A stretch of DNA of 63,510 bases, filler included, from Platydemus manokwari (lineage: Eukaryota): NCBI GenBank assembly GCA_037951405.1. It is 6 parts of 6 records of this genome, joined end to end, with 100 filler letters (N's around TTAATTAATTAA, not from the genome) between each part and the next. Parts side by side here need not be neighbours in the genome. Positions count along the whole stretch, not along the records: positions 1 to 12,006 come from JBBMOY010353335.1; positions 12,107 to 21,879 come from JBBMOY011206432.1; 4 more parts are not named here. One strand, given 5' to 3'. Position 1 is the first letter of the stretch. Each line of letters begins with the position of its first letter. A program made the position numbers and the translations under genes. The notes under the pieces were generated by a model, which was not told the DNA's origin, ran no database searches, and saw nothing but the letters and a program-made list of their open reading frames with translations. Of the stretch, positions 1-12,864 are shown piece by piece.

Positions 1-2141
1 ATCAAGGTTATCAATAATATCTTTGACCTTGTTTCTCGTTATTGCTTCACTGATGAACGGGTCAAGTACTAGGTTGCATCTCTGTTTAAATATACTTCTT
101 GTTATTAGGCGCATATGTTTCTCAGAGAAAAGAAAATAATTTTCCTTGTTCACTATTGTCTAGGTGCCTCCACCGATTTTTGATAAATTCTTGATCGATG
201 TGCATCAAGTACTTTTTGTCTAATCATCTCTATGTCTATTGCTATTATTTATAAATCAATTAATTATATTCGGAAATTGGTAAAGAATAAAAAAGAAATA
301 AAATTTTAAGGTTGATGGATTTTAAAATAATAAATATTTAAAAGACGAAGTAATAAAAAATGTTTAAAATTTAAAATAGTGATGGAAAATCCTAGGTACA
401 AAGTACCAAATCTCAGCATCTATATAAGATGACGAATTTCCATCACAATTCACTCTCAAAAATTGCGAGTTGAAAAATCTTAGATTACATTATAACATAG
501 AAAACACGCCAAACGATAAATCAACAATGCTATAATATTTTTAATAATTATGATAATAAATATTAACCTAAATTCTTCCGAATTCCGAAGGGTCTCATAT
601 TCGGAATCAATATTTAAAAAATTTATTATAAATTTTATAAGACAGAACAATAAGTTCTCACGTTCCGGTTAGATCAATTAAACGATTTGTTTTAATAAAA
701 TCTTTTGTTTGAGTTACACGTTCGATTAGAGTTAATTTTTGTTAATTGATTTGCACTATCATATATAAAAGTGTAATTCATTTGTTTATTTGATTTGAGT
801 AGCAGTTTTAAAATCATATTAAAAAACGCACGTTTTTGAGTTGAACCTAACAACAATAAACAACAAAATACACAACCCAAAGGCATTCAGAGTCAGTATA
901 ATAATTTAGCTGATATTGATCAGAACCTTGACTAGATCACATTGATAACCAATATTTAGTTTAGAAAATAAACCAAATGCAGAATCCAATGAAATACAAT
1001 ATTCGAATATTTTATGAAATGAAAATGTTACAAAAATTAATTCCATTTATTAACGACAAGGAAATATATTATCGGAAAAAATGAAAGGATAAAGGAATTC
1101 GATATTTCACTGTACTACGAACACAGCTTAAACAAGTTTTCCACCTTTAGTAATTTCAAGCTAAATGTCGAATTATTAAATTTAATTTAGGTAGAAAGAA
1201 GATAAATCGATAATCAGAACAATTAAATTTCATAAACTATGAAAAAGCAAAAAATTAATATTGATATCAAGCAGTAATTGATCTTCAAGATCTTGTACTA
1301 ATATTTAAACGAATAGCTCAAAATGAATCGATTTTTCGCAGCACTGACTCAAACGAAATTCTTAAATTTAGAGAAATTCTGGAATAATCAATAATTTATC
1401 ATGAATTTATTTGTTGTTTTTCACATTTTTTAAATAAATTTATGATAAAAGGAAAAATATTGTTCCTTATGTTTTTAAAGAAATCGATAATTTCATGAAT
1501 AACAATGATTTTGTTTGGACCAATTATTTTTTGTAGAAAGATTGGAAAAAATGATGTTTAACTTAGTGGCATTGTTTTAATTAAGTCGAATTTGTTGGTA
1601 ATGTTATTGTTCAAAGCTTTTTCATTATTAAGCATGTGAAAACAAGGGATGAAGACTATTTACAGTTGGACCTTGACTCTGAGGACGATTAATAAGCAAT
1701 CAACTACTGGACGTTGCCAAGAGAAATGTGATAATAGGTTCAATCGCAAGAGAGAATCTATGTTATAAGTCGTGAATTATCGCCGTTAACCAATTAATCA
1801 TTGTCTTAAATAGATATTTGTTTTTTATTATAAAATTATTATTATTATTGAATATTAAATTAATTTAATAAAATTCAGGATTTATTTAATTTAAAGAATC
1901 GATCGATTATTAAAGATTTTTGAAACAGCTTATAAATAGTAAGCGACCAAATTTTCATTTCAAGTGGCATTATTAACATGATAATGTTTGGTTTGATTTG
2001 AAATGAAAATGCGGTCGCTTACGGTTTATCAGTAGTTTCAATAATTGAATTATTATATTAGTAATGATTACGATCAAAATAATAATAAAAATGTGATCCG
2101 ATCAATCAAATCACATACAAATCAAGATATCTCAATGGGAA

Positions 2142-3606
2142 TTAATTCCAAATTACAAATATTTCATCTGCCTTGATGAAATCGGACTCGAGTTGATCAA
2201 AAGGCACATTCAACATACAGGCGATCTCTTCCAAATTGTGGGTTCCATCAAGCAGTTCTGGTGGAATCTTATAATTAGCTAAGCTCGTTCCATCAGCGAT
2301 CTTGATTGGATGGCCGTGGATTCTGCGAATCAAGCCTTCCATCTCGGCGAATTGGATCTGCTCGCAATCAAAGGCGAGAAATCAATGAGATTTTAACAAA
2401 AAGAATCCAAACGTACCAATTGTTTGCAATTGATCATCGAATTCGTCATTTCCAAAGTGGATTCACAATCGGAAACCTTTGTATTTGGACCCAAGACGGC
2501 TAAAGCTCGCAGGGCGGAATCGGCAATTAGATCGATTTTCTCATTGTCGTGAAGTTCATTTCTGTCATCCAGTGTCTACAAGAAGAAAAACCTTTGTCAA
2601 ACGATCATTTCATCATCAATAACAAACATATTCGACGAGTCGTCGGCGTAATTTTGTATCTCGCCACATTCGCCTCAGTTTCGGCATGCACATGTACATC
2701 GCTCCGGGACGGAACGGTGCGACGGTTTTCACGGCTCCAACACAGCCGAGATTTTGCACACAAGCCCGTACCACCTTCAAGTCGACCGCCGAACGTTTGG
2801 CAATTTCCCATACTCGACTGTTGCCATCCAACAACGGTAGAAGCCGCTGGCAAGTGAGATCGAGAGGAATGAGATGGCGATTGGAATTGAGATTTAACAC
2901 TGGAACTTGCTCGCTTTCAACGAAAACACTCGTTTCAGTTTCAGCGCCCATCTATATTTGAATGATTGACGATCAATCGAGTTTGTCGAGCACAAAACCA
3001 ATTTATTTACTCGCAAATAAATCGTCCCAAATCCTTCCCACGTGTATTTACACATCCCTGTTTCTTTTAAACTACAAAAAATATTCTCTAAACAACCGGT
3101 GATGACCTCTTTATCAGTACAATGAAGTATCCCGGTTTCTTGCTCAAGAGAATGGAAAAATCGATTCACGTTTCGAACGAGATTTTCATATGAGATCAAA
3201 TTACTTGAAGCTTCTTCATTGACAACAAAGCAAACATTAAACAGAAATTTATTACGCGGATATTTTGAATTTTCCAATGATTGTAAACAACCAATCACAA
3301 ATTTTCCATCGACTTTACTCACAATCACTCGATTGGCAAGATCTTCCTTTGTGATAACAAAATTGGATACTTGGTCGAAATGATCCTAAAAAATTTCATT
3401 AAAATAATTTTTCATTTTAAAAACATTAGTGCTTTTGGAAAAAAATCAGGATATTGAGCAAAGTTGATTCGTCCAAGTGAATCATGAAAAACACTATAAA
3501 AAAGACCACATAATTCTCGACATTCCTTATTTTCTAAATTCTAATAAAAACTAAAAAATAAATTATATGATAGAAATTATATCTGTACTCTATGAAGCAT
3601 TTTCAT
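2142..3606 (-). CDS. NPRL2: GATOR1 complex subunit NPRL2 (nitrogen permease regulator 2-like), 6 exons, about 399 aa
   Basis: Exons 3606-3589, 3540-3433, 3385-3011, 2951-2628, 2575-2417 and 2357-2142 splice to a 1200-nt ORF. Motifs match NPRL2: GLFYSVFHDSLG (FFSEFHPTLG), FVITKEDL, KYPRNKFLFN (arginine-finger KYSRNALLFN), DLTCQRLLPLLDG, VRACVQNL, LIQFAEMEGLIRR, LDGTHNLEEIAC and terminal FVIWN. Introns are 47-59 nt; intron 2 is GC-AG. Exon 1 is the least certain. Confidence 0.93.
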
Positions 3607-4049
3607 TGATAATTATATATTAATAAATTCGAAATAAATTAAATTTTGAAAAATACCAAAAATAAAACTAATATTAAAACAATCATGGTAAAAATGAGAA
3701 ATACCAATTAGCGCTGAAATTTGGTTTGATATTTTTGATAAAAAAGTACAATAGTAAAAAGAAATCATATCAACTTTTCCAAAATCAGAAAATTTCAATT
3801 TAAAATGTTTAACTTGAACAAATAAATGGTTGTGTGGGTTTAAAAATAAGATTTTATTTTCATAAATATCTGCTCAAATATCAACTATAACCGGTATCAA
3901 TTGTCAATGGTAGAAACAAAAGTTAGTGGGGTTTCCATTTAATAATCCTGTTCCTAGTAGAAATTAGGTTCCATTAAATTCAATTTTAAATATATTATCA
4001 ATTTAATATATAATCATAGAATAAATATAAAATGATTCTAACCACGATG

Positions 4050-5240
4050 CATCTGCGGCTACGAATTAGCCATTCAATACACACAGGCTAACTATCTACC
4101 TATCAAGAAAGACTTCGAAAACATTTTGAAGAAAAACAGAAGCAAAAATCAAGTCTTCCTATATTCGATGGATCGCACACGAAAGCATGTGAAAATAATT
4201 GCTTACTAAAGAAACTATCTAAAGAAACTTCGACTTCAGCGAAATATAACAAGAAAAATATCCAAACTTATGCAAAAAGGACCTGGATGCTCCTGAAAAA
4301 AAGGTCAGCTGTAAAGACTTAGAAACAAAAATCATACTCAAGGTCTTTACAAAATGTCTAGATTACCAAGAAATAGCTACCGAATGTATAATATGTACGA
4401 CATTGAGGATATCACCCCCATGAAAGAGGGTCTATATCGCTAAATCATCTCCTGGCGCACTATTGCTCTCCTCAACTACAACTATAAAATGTTCACAACT
4501 ATTCTGTGGAAGCTACTGAGAAATTAGATTAATGAAAACAACCTAATGAATCCACTCTAGAAGAGCATAGGTTCAAGTGATGGGTGTGCCGAACACAACT
4601 TTTAACTTCGAGGTATTTTAAAAGAACACATGAAAAAAATCCATAAGGTTCGTAAAGAAGCCCGTCCTTTATTAGATCTTGAAGCGATGTTCACAAGATA
4701 TCTCTACAATAATTGTCAAACCACTCTTAAATTCCTCTATTATAAAACTATACCAATCAAAATTGAGAGAGGATTCCAGTGGAGCTGCACAATTTCTATA
4801 TTTTTATTCAACATTCCTATGAATTTAATATTGTTACAAATGGACAACTATCTCTTTGGAGACCTTATAATTACAAATCATCTAATTTCATGCATCGCCT
4901 ATGCAGAAACTATAGCGATTATTGCGAAAAACAAAATGGACTCCAAATAATGATCCAAAAAGCATGGGTTTTCGGTTTCCAATTTGGGTACATGTTCAAA
5001 CCCTCAAAATCAAAGTACTTATAAAATCTAAAAGCAAATACTAAATTGGAGGAGCTTATGATGTAAAAGAAAAAAATTCCTACAATCTCTATATAGGAGT
5101 AAATTTCTGTACATGATATAATTGAAGGACTTTTTGCAGACATGGAAACTTCAATAAGAAAACTGGAAAACGCATGTTGTGCAATCCAAAGTAATCTTAT
5201 ACATGAGAAATTACTAAATCACTTATACCAGTGTCAGCAA
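4050..5240 (+). mobile_element. Decayed non-LTR retrotransposon reverse-transcriptase remnant (R2/NeSL-like)
   Basis: RT motifs appear in order with stops and frameshifts: WRTIALLNYNYKMFTTIL (about 4453), DGCAEHNF (about 4580), IKIERGFQWSCTISIFLFNI (RGVxQGxxxSPxLFN), and CIAYAETIAII (YADD degraded). Boundaries are approximate. Confidence 0.75.
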
Positions 5241-8200
5241 AATTAATATAGATTCAATATTTTACAGTGGGTGAATGTTGTAAATTGAACTGTTCGCATA
5301 TACTGTTTTTAACTAATGTTATCGCAAAACATATCTCCGTTTATTTTGAATTTTTTATTTATCGCATAGTAGTTTTCTCGTTTTCCATTTAAATATATTG
5401 ATACTATTTTTATTTGCCTATAAATCTGATAAAAATTTATTTTATTCTATTCATTTATTTACTATTTTTCTATTATTATAACTCTATATTAATATTATTA
5501 TTATTCTATTCTCTATAATAATTTATTTCATACTTCATTTATTTATTTTATAACTATAAAACTATTTAATGATTATTATTATTCTATTATATATTTAGTA
5601 CTTCGATTATTTATTAATTTATTATTTTATTTTACTTTAAATATTATTCAATATTTAAATTACCTTTATTTGATCTTTATCACCTCTTTTACTTATTACG
5701 ATTTACTACTTATAATATTATACCCTTACATAATTCATAAGATCATATTAATGGAATAACAAAAATAATTATAAAATACTATTACGAATAAATAAATATA
5801 TCAATAAATAAATATTATCAATCATATGCAAAATCACAGTCTTTAAAAAGTTTAATGAATATCAATTTAAAACTTTAAATGTTATTGGAAATATATTTGA
5901 TTTATTTGGGTTGATTTTAGGCTCATGTTGTATATTATGTTTGAATTGGGCTTATAATGTATGTTTTTGATTTGGAATCAGATTATAATTGAATATCGTG
6001 CTTTATTTATGAGATTATATCATATATGTTGGGATTGAATTTTGTGTTCGGTTTATAAGATTATATCATAGATGTTGGGTTGGTTTGGGTGTGTCAATCT
6101 GCAAAACTATGCAGCAGAATTTTTTGTGAAGCCGTCGTAGCAACATTCCATTTCCAACAATATGAAAAAATTTGAAATCCAATTTAATGAATATAAAAAG
6201 CATTACAAGAAAAAATGTTAACTTCGATAAATAAATATGTGCAAACAAAAATTATTTAAAATAAACTGGATTTAGAATCAAAAAGAAGTCTTAAAACGAA
6301 AATTATCATAAAATAATTTTAAATTAAAATAAGCAAAAAAAATTTGATTTAAAGCAACATTTTTTTGGTTTTAACTAGAAAATCTACAATTCTAAAAACA
6401 GTAATCAAATTATTGTCAAAAATAAAATANNNNNNNNNNTATCACAAAAATAAGGTTGTTGATAAAAATAAATAACTAGTGGAAGAATTACTAAAAATAA
6501 AGATAAAATAAGACATACACAGAGACATATGACCTCAGAAAATATAATATATACTAGCAATTAGACATTCATAAGCATTTTAATTTAAGCACGAAATTAA
6601 TTTCAAGCTGTATTATTGAATTTTTGCAATTATTGAAACCATTTCTTATGATATCAATGTTGACAGCTTGTTTCACTTTATGAACAATCATACCACAGTT
6701 ATTGCAAGAATTAACTATGGTCATTGCATTTTATAGTTGAGAACCATAGAAGGAATATGAATCAGCTCAAAATAATCACTCTCTACAGATTTAAACATGA
6801 TGTTTTTCATTAACTGCAAAATCTGTCTCAGGAATTTTCTTTTAGTTGTTGCTGCTTTCATACTTGAAATAAAATTGTGCAATAGTTGAGCTATAACAAA
6901 GAAGGTAAAATAGATTAAGATAAAAATTCTTAAGAATTTGACCTGCAGCAACTGATAATTACTACATAATATGATTTCGATTTGCTGCAATACTTTTTTA
7001 AACTTTATCCATTAGTTGGAATATAATAGGAGTATAAGGAGGACTTACGAATGGTACGTAGTAAAATAAATTTAAATTTGAAGGCTCAGTAAAGTTTACA
7101 AGTTCCACGTCATTGATATCAAACTCGTTTACAAAAGGGAAAAGATTTGGTATCTGAAGATTAAGGGCACTTTTTTGCTATATAAGCAAAGGCGCGTCTA
7201 AGGGCCTATTCAGAAGACAGGGAATTATTAATTTCAGCAATGGCCATTCTTATTGATTGGTTTGAAGTTCATAAAGTTGAATATTTGCAGTGATGAAAGA
7301 ATTAAATCTTTCCTTGTGAATGAATTCTATGTGAAAGTAAAATTCTCAATTCGCTGCTGATTCCAAATAACTATTGCTGTTTTTCTTCTATTCAAACAGC
7401 CCACGCATTGATCCATGGAAAATTTACACTGACTTAAAATATTTGTTCAGTAACATTTACGACACAAAGTTTTATAATGTGAAATCATAAACTTCGTAGA
7501 GTAATGCTTGACATAATCTCTTCTCTCTAACTTAGTTTCGACTTGGTAAGCTCAAGATGAAAATTAGTCCCTAAAGTACCAGTATTAAAAAATGTTATGT
7601 TGATTTATGTAGTTTAAACATTTAATTTGGGTTTTGAAATTATTATTTTTTAAATTTTATTAAAAAATAAAAAACTTTCCTAATTTATAATCACAAAATA
7701 AGTTTTTGACAAAAAAATTAAGAAATAATAAAAAATAAATATGGTTATTTGGCTGAATTTAAAATTTCGAAACTTATGAAAACACCCATTAACGCAACAA
7801 ATATTTATTCCAAATCCATTCAAAATCAACAAATACTAAGTCACTCATTAAAAAGCCATAAGCTGAATTATCAGTTTCACGAACAAAAACTGTTTTAAAA
7901 TTTATTTATTCTTTCTAAAATCTTATAACAAGTCTTTGTAATTAATGAAAATTATTTCTTGTCCATAATTCTATTTTATTTTAGATAAAAATGAATTGAA
8001 GACAAATTTTGAAATATTCATTTCAATCATATCGAGTAATCTTTGAGATAAAAATGAATTTTTATAATTTATAATTATTAGCAGTTTTCTGTTTCTCGTT
8101 AATTAAAAGATTACAAAAACACAAACCAACTAATAAACGAAATTAAATTTAAAATTGATGCAATTTTTTGTAGTCAGTTTTGATCGAGGAAAATTATCCG

Positions 8201-9631
8201 ATAAAGATGGCTGCAGTGTAATAATTGATATGTTAAGGAATTACAGATTCATTTTAACGTATTAGTTCAAAAAATAGCCTAATTTTGTAAATAAATATTT
8301 TCCGGATTAATATTTGATTAGGAGCTTAAATTTGTATTTTAACACACATGATTTGATAATATTTGTGATTTTATTTTTATTTGGTTTGATATTTTAATTC
8401 TTATTGTCATTTTATTTCATTAAAATAAGCATGGTTTCAAGTGTCTAAGAACCTTAAATTTAGTGATAACAGTACATAATATATCCACGTTGTTATCGAT
8501 ATAATAATTCACTTAAAATTAAGTTTACAACGATTTACCAATTTATTACCTACGAATGATATTTCATATGCTTGTTGAGTATCTAATAGAGAATTTTTAT
8601 TGAAAGCATATCTTAAAACCCACGATAATATTCTGATAGAACGAGCCACCAAACCAAATTTCTAAATTTAGAATACCAATGACTATTATTATATCAATAA
8701 AAAATTATATTGAATAATTTTATTTTAATTATTAATAATGAGTATTTATGAAAAATAAGAGACACTTTTTATATTGGTAAGTTGATGTAGATAATTCAAT
8801 AGAAAATTTTTACAAAACACATTACCCTCTATTCGACTTGGATTCAAAATCAATTCGATTATTTCATTAAGTCAAAGCTCAATAAGATTTATTTTATCTA
8901 ACTTTTAATATGCATTCTACTTTATATAATAATGATTATTTGATTTAACTTTTAACTGATATTTGTGGGACGTTGTAAATCTTTAAATACTGCAAAATAT
9001 CTTGTATATTACCACAATTTTGTATGGTACATATGTATATTTTATTTTCAGTTATTATAAAATTTATATAATTAATTTAACGAAAGTTATTACAAAGTTG
9101 AAGTTAGAATAATAAGATACGAACAATAAACATGAAAGGCCAAGATAATAAATTGTGTAAGAGTAGTAAAAATTAAATATAAAGGAAATAATATTTATGT
9201 TTAGATTACTAAAATAGCGAAAAAAATTCTAAAGTTAGTGAATAATGGAAAATTTGCTTTAGGACAAGTAATTAAAATATTTATTTTCGTTTGCATCAAG
9301 AAAATCAAGTTAGATATCAAAATTCCGTTGGAATGGTTCATGAAAGGTGAGAATAAATATGCTTTATCGATGAAAATTAGTTTTGACTACATAATTCAAA
9401 GATAAAAGTGTTGCTAAGAGTAAATCAGTCCAAATTTATATAAAATAGAGTTAAATCATATTAACTAACTCTAAATGCAAAGTTTATAATTAATGATCAC
9501 AATATTTATAGAAAATCATAACATCAAACAATAATGGTTCGAAATCACTATCTCAATACTCAAGCCAATATTCAACACAAGTGGGATAGTTAAATAGTGG
9601 CAATGATAACAGCCATACAGACTAATTGTTA

Positions 9632-11314
9632 CTATGTTTTTCCTATTATAAGAGAGCGCTTATATTATTTTCCAACGAGAAAAGTGGAGCACCGCTTATA
9701 TTTAGAGGAACACTTATATTTTTTTTACCGATTACTTATAAAATCGTAAAATTATAATATATTTTCATTATAATATTTCAAATATTTAAAAAAGATACAA
9801 GTATTTTAATTAAACACAGTTAAATCGTTCTCTTCTGCGACATCTTCACAAAAAACAAGATTTTGAACACTCAATTAATTCCTGTAAATACAGTTTATCT
9901 TTGATAAGTACTGATAATCTCTCATTTTTTGCTATGAAGCTTTCTTCGAATAAAGCCGACTTGTCCAGATAGGCAGGCTTCAAAGCTTTTTTGACATAGT
10001 TATCATTAATTTTAGTCCAGTCGTTATTAACTCACTTGACTATTTCTTGGATATTCGGTTTTACAGAGTTCCCCTTTTCATTTCTCATCATTCTCTTCTC
10101 AATACACTCATTGATTTCTAATATAAGATTGTCCTTAAATGGCTGATTTGTCACCAAATCTAAACTTTGAAAATACCATGTCATTCCAGCTGGTATCATT
10201 ATTTGATCAACGTCTCTCACTTTAAGAAAATTCTTGATATCATTGTCACGATGAGTGCTGGCTGAATCCTATATAAGTAAACCTCTTTTATTTCCTCTAA
10301 AAAAACATTGGCAACGTTAGGTCAATTCATTTTCTAGTTGCTGCCTGGGTACTCTATGTCTTTTCTGTTTTCAGAATGTACACACCAGACACCTGCTCAA
10401 TTTTATTTTCTTTCCTTTAATAGTAATAAAAGACGTTGGGTTTGTTCCATACAAACGAAGTGTAAGAATATAGGTAACTCTATGGTTTTCATAGCCTGTT
10501 GAAGGAATATAGATTGAAGATGCCCCACGAATGTCTACTGTTGTCTGCGAATCTTGTCTCATAAACACAGCTGTCTCATCCATTGCAATCATATACGACA
10601 ATTGCTATTTCTGAAAATCAATATTATCAACAAATCTCTTATACATTATTGCTCTCGAAACAATTTCATTATCCTCCAATTTAAAAAGAGAGGTTCCCTT
10701 TCGGATTAATAATTCATTACGAAGTAAAAACCTATCAACCCAGTGCGTTGAGGTTTTTAAAATTCAACATTTCATTTTTGAAGGCCAAATCTACTGCAAA
10801 GTTTTGAAAGTCACATGATTTAACGATTAATCCTCTTGCTCTGCGGTTAATGATCCAATCAGTTATGGTATTTTATATTTTATTTATTGATGGTGTTCTT
10901 CACATTCCAACTTTTCTCTTCTTATTGTTCCCATTTGCAACCGACTTGCGTAGGTTTGTATAAGTAGATCTCCACCTTTGAACCATCTTTATGTTAAGGT
11001 TTTTTTCCTTGCAGAAAACGATTAGGCTCTTGTCTCTAGACTCTTCTACAATCAACTTCTTATATTATACGGTGTAACTTTTTCTAGATTCAGCCATTTA
11101 TGATGGGAGAATTATATTTATTTAAAAGCCTTTGAAAATTTTAAAGATTGATTCAATACAATCTTCATTGATATGTATGCATGCATAATAATTGCATATT
11201 TATATAGTATTTATATTTACCTCGGCTTACATTTGAAGGGCCGCTTATATTTTTACAAGCAATAAATACGCTACCTCTTATATTCGAAATACCGCTTATA
11301 ATAGGAAAACACGG
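9632..11314 (-). mobile_element. Full-length, non-functional pogo-superfamily DNA transposon (DD35D, POGK/Passer-like)
   Basis: TIRs ctatgtttttcctattataag and cttataataggaaaacacgg are flanked by TA on both sides (9630-31, 11315-16). Subterminal (c)cgcttatat repeats occur at both ends. The transposase on the minus strand starts at ATG 11097 (MAESRKSYTV*YKK..., Brinker/HTH-like) and contains MDETAV, DSASTH and QSLD, with 35 residues between the last two Asp. It carries several stops and frameshifts. Confidence 0.9.
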
Positions 11315-11951
11315 TAGAAAATCATATAAAAGTCAAATAAACAATAGTTACCGACAAAAAAGACTGGCAAATTCTTGTGAGATTCAACTCCTTTTTATAT
11401 AAGTGCTTGTTAGCAAATTTTCTCGTACATTACGTAGTATTAGCGTATCTCAACGTTTGTATTGATTATCGAGTTCTATGTATGGATTGATAGAATTAAC
11501 TGATTGGCTATTCCAACGTACGCTTATCAATCCTTTGAAGATTATTTCTAACATATCCACACATTAATTATGTTTATTATTAATTAAGTTAACAATGATA
11601 CGCCATTATAGATTTGAAATTATAATTCTGATTTATTCTTATGTAAAGAAATAAAGTTTTTAATTTATTAAACGAGTTTTTCTTTGATGGCTACATGAAC
11701 GAAGTCATATACTGAATAAAATACGACAATTAGATTAAGTATTCAAAGAAAATCATGTACTTATTCTTGAGTTTTAGTAATTTGAGATATTTATTTACAT
11801 TTTTTTAGTCCAAATTTGATGATCCATTAAAATATTTTTGAAAGTGTTGCTTCTGATTTTTAGTTTTTAACTCGAACACATTATTTAGTTTTATTTGCAA
11901 TTCTAACTACAGACCGATATCGAGTATCTTAATTGGCTATATTATCTATAT

Positions 11952-12006
11952 CAGAGGTGGCCAACTTTTGTGGACGTAAGATCGACTTTTCATTTGAATA
12001 ACATCT
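11952..12006. mobile_element. Left end of a hAT (Charlie-like) element, cut by the contig end
   Basis: cagaggtggccaacttttg...aagatcgactttt is preceded by atctatat, which resembles the NTCTAGAN target preference. Confidence 0.45.
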
Positions 12007-12106
12007 NNNNNNNNNNNNNNNNNNNNNNNNNNNNNNNNNNNNNNNNNNNNTTAATTAATTAANNNNNNNNNNNNNNNNNNNNNNNNNNNNNNNNNNNNNN
12101 NNNNNN
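12007..12106. other. Artificial contig-joining linker (also at 21880-21979, 32274-32373, 44014-44113, 53281-53380)
   Basis: The identical 44N + TTAATTAATTAA + 44N spacer occurs five times. TTAATTAATTAA gives stop codons in all six frames. Confidence 0.98.
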
Positions 12107-12864
12107 ACTATGCAAAATGTACTTTAAATAAATAAATATTTTTCAAAAAAAACCGAAATTTTAAGGTTATACACCTAATACATACTACCCAAATAACTTG
12201 TCAGAGAGCTGAAAATCAATAATTTTATTGAACTTCAATTAATATACACCTAAAAAGGTGCAGACATCTTAACGCATCAAAGACATATGAGAAAAGGGAA
12301 GAAAATCTACCAATTAAATATAGTTAAATTTTCTAAAGTTTCGAACAAATAGGGAAACCATATTCAACACGACACAAGTTACACAGATAACACAGTTAAC
12401 TTTTTACAGGAATTCAGTCTTTTATGCTCATTAATCTTTCGTGTATATATTTCATTGTCTTTTGTCAACTGAGGCTACTTGATAGTGATTTAAATTCTCA
12501 CGTTTTATTGTATTGCATTTTGCCAAATTATATTTTACTTTATCGATAATGTGATCCAATAAAAATATAAATATCTATTTCTTATTTAAATTACTTATTT
12601 CTCTGTTCTCCAAACAATAATTTATTCGAAACGGGAGGATGTCATACGAATAACGTGTAGAATTTAAATTCCCATTCAATGTTATAATCAATCAAAATTT
12701 GGCATAATAGATTCGATCCGATAATATTCAATAGTAAAACATATTTTTAAGCAACTTTAAAAATAACTTAATATTAATGAAGAAATAATAATTTCGGTAA
12801 AGATCAACATGACTACATTAATTTAACAGCTTTGGGGTGCTCCCAAAAGAATAATTAAATCTAC

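Noticed and set aside
2306-2961. Overlapping antisense and alternate-frame ORFs over NPRL2 (and over the GK-like gene at 19798-20828)
   Set aside because: Expected by-product of locally high GC; no recognisable motifs.
6590-7400. Long minus-strand frame with scattered stops, suggesting stop-codon reassignment
   Set aside because: It contains TAA, TAG and TGA alike, at a density plausible for decayed AT-rich DNA. Real genes here end in TAA (NPRL2, NEDD4), TAG (GK-like) and TGA (QNG1) and have no internal stops.
12051-12062. Regularly recurring TTAATTAATTAA repeat
   Set aside because: It is a six-frame stop linker embedded in Ns, an assembly artefact rather than a CRISPR repeat or biological motif.
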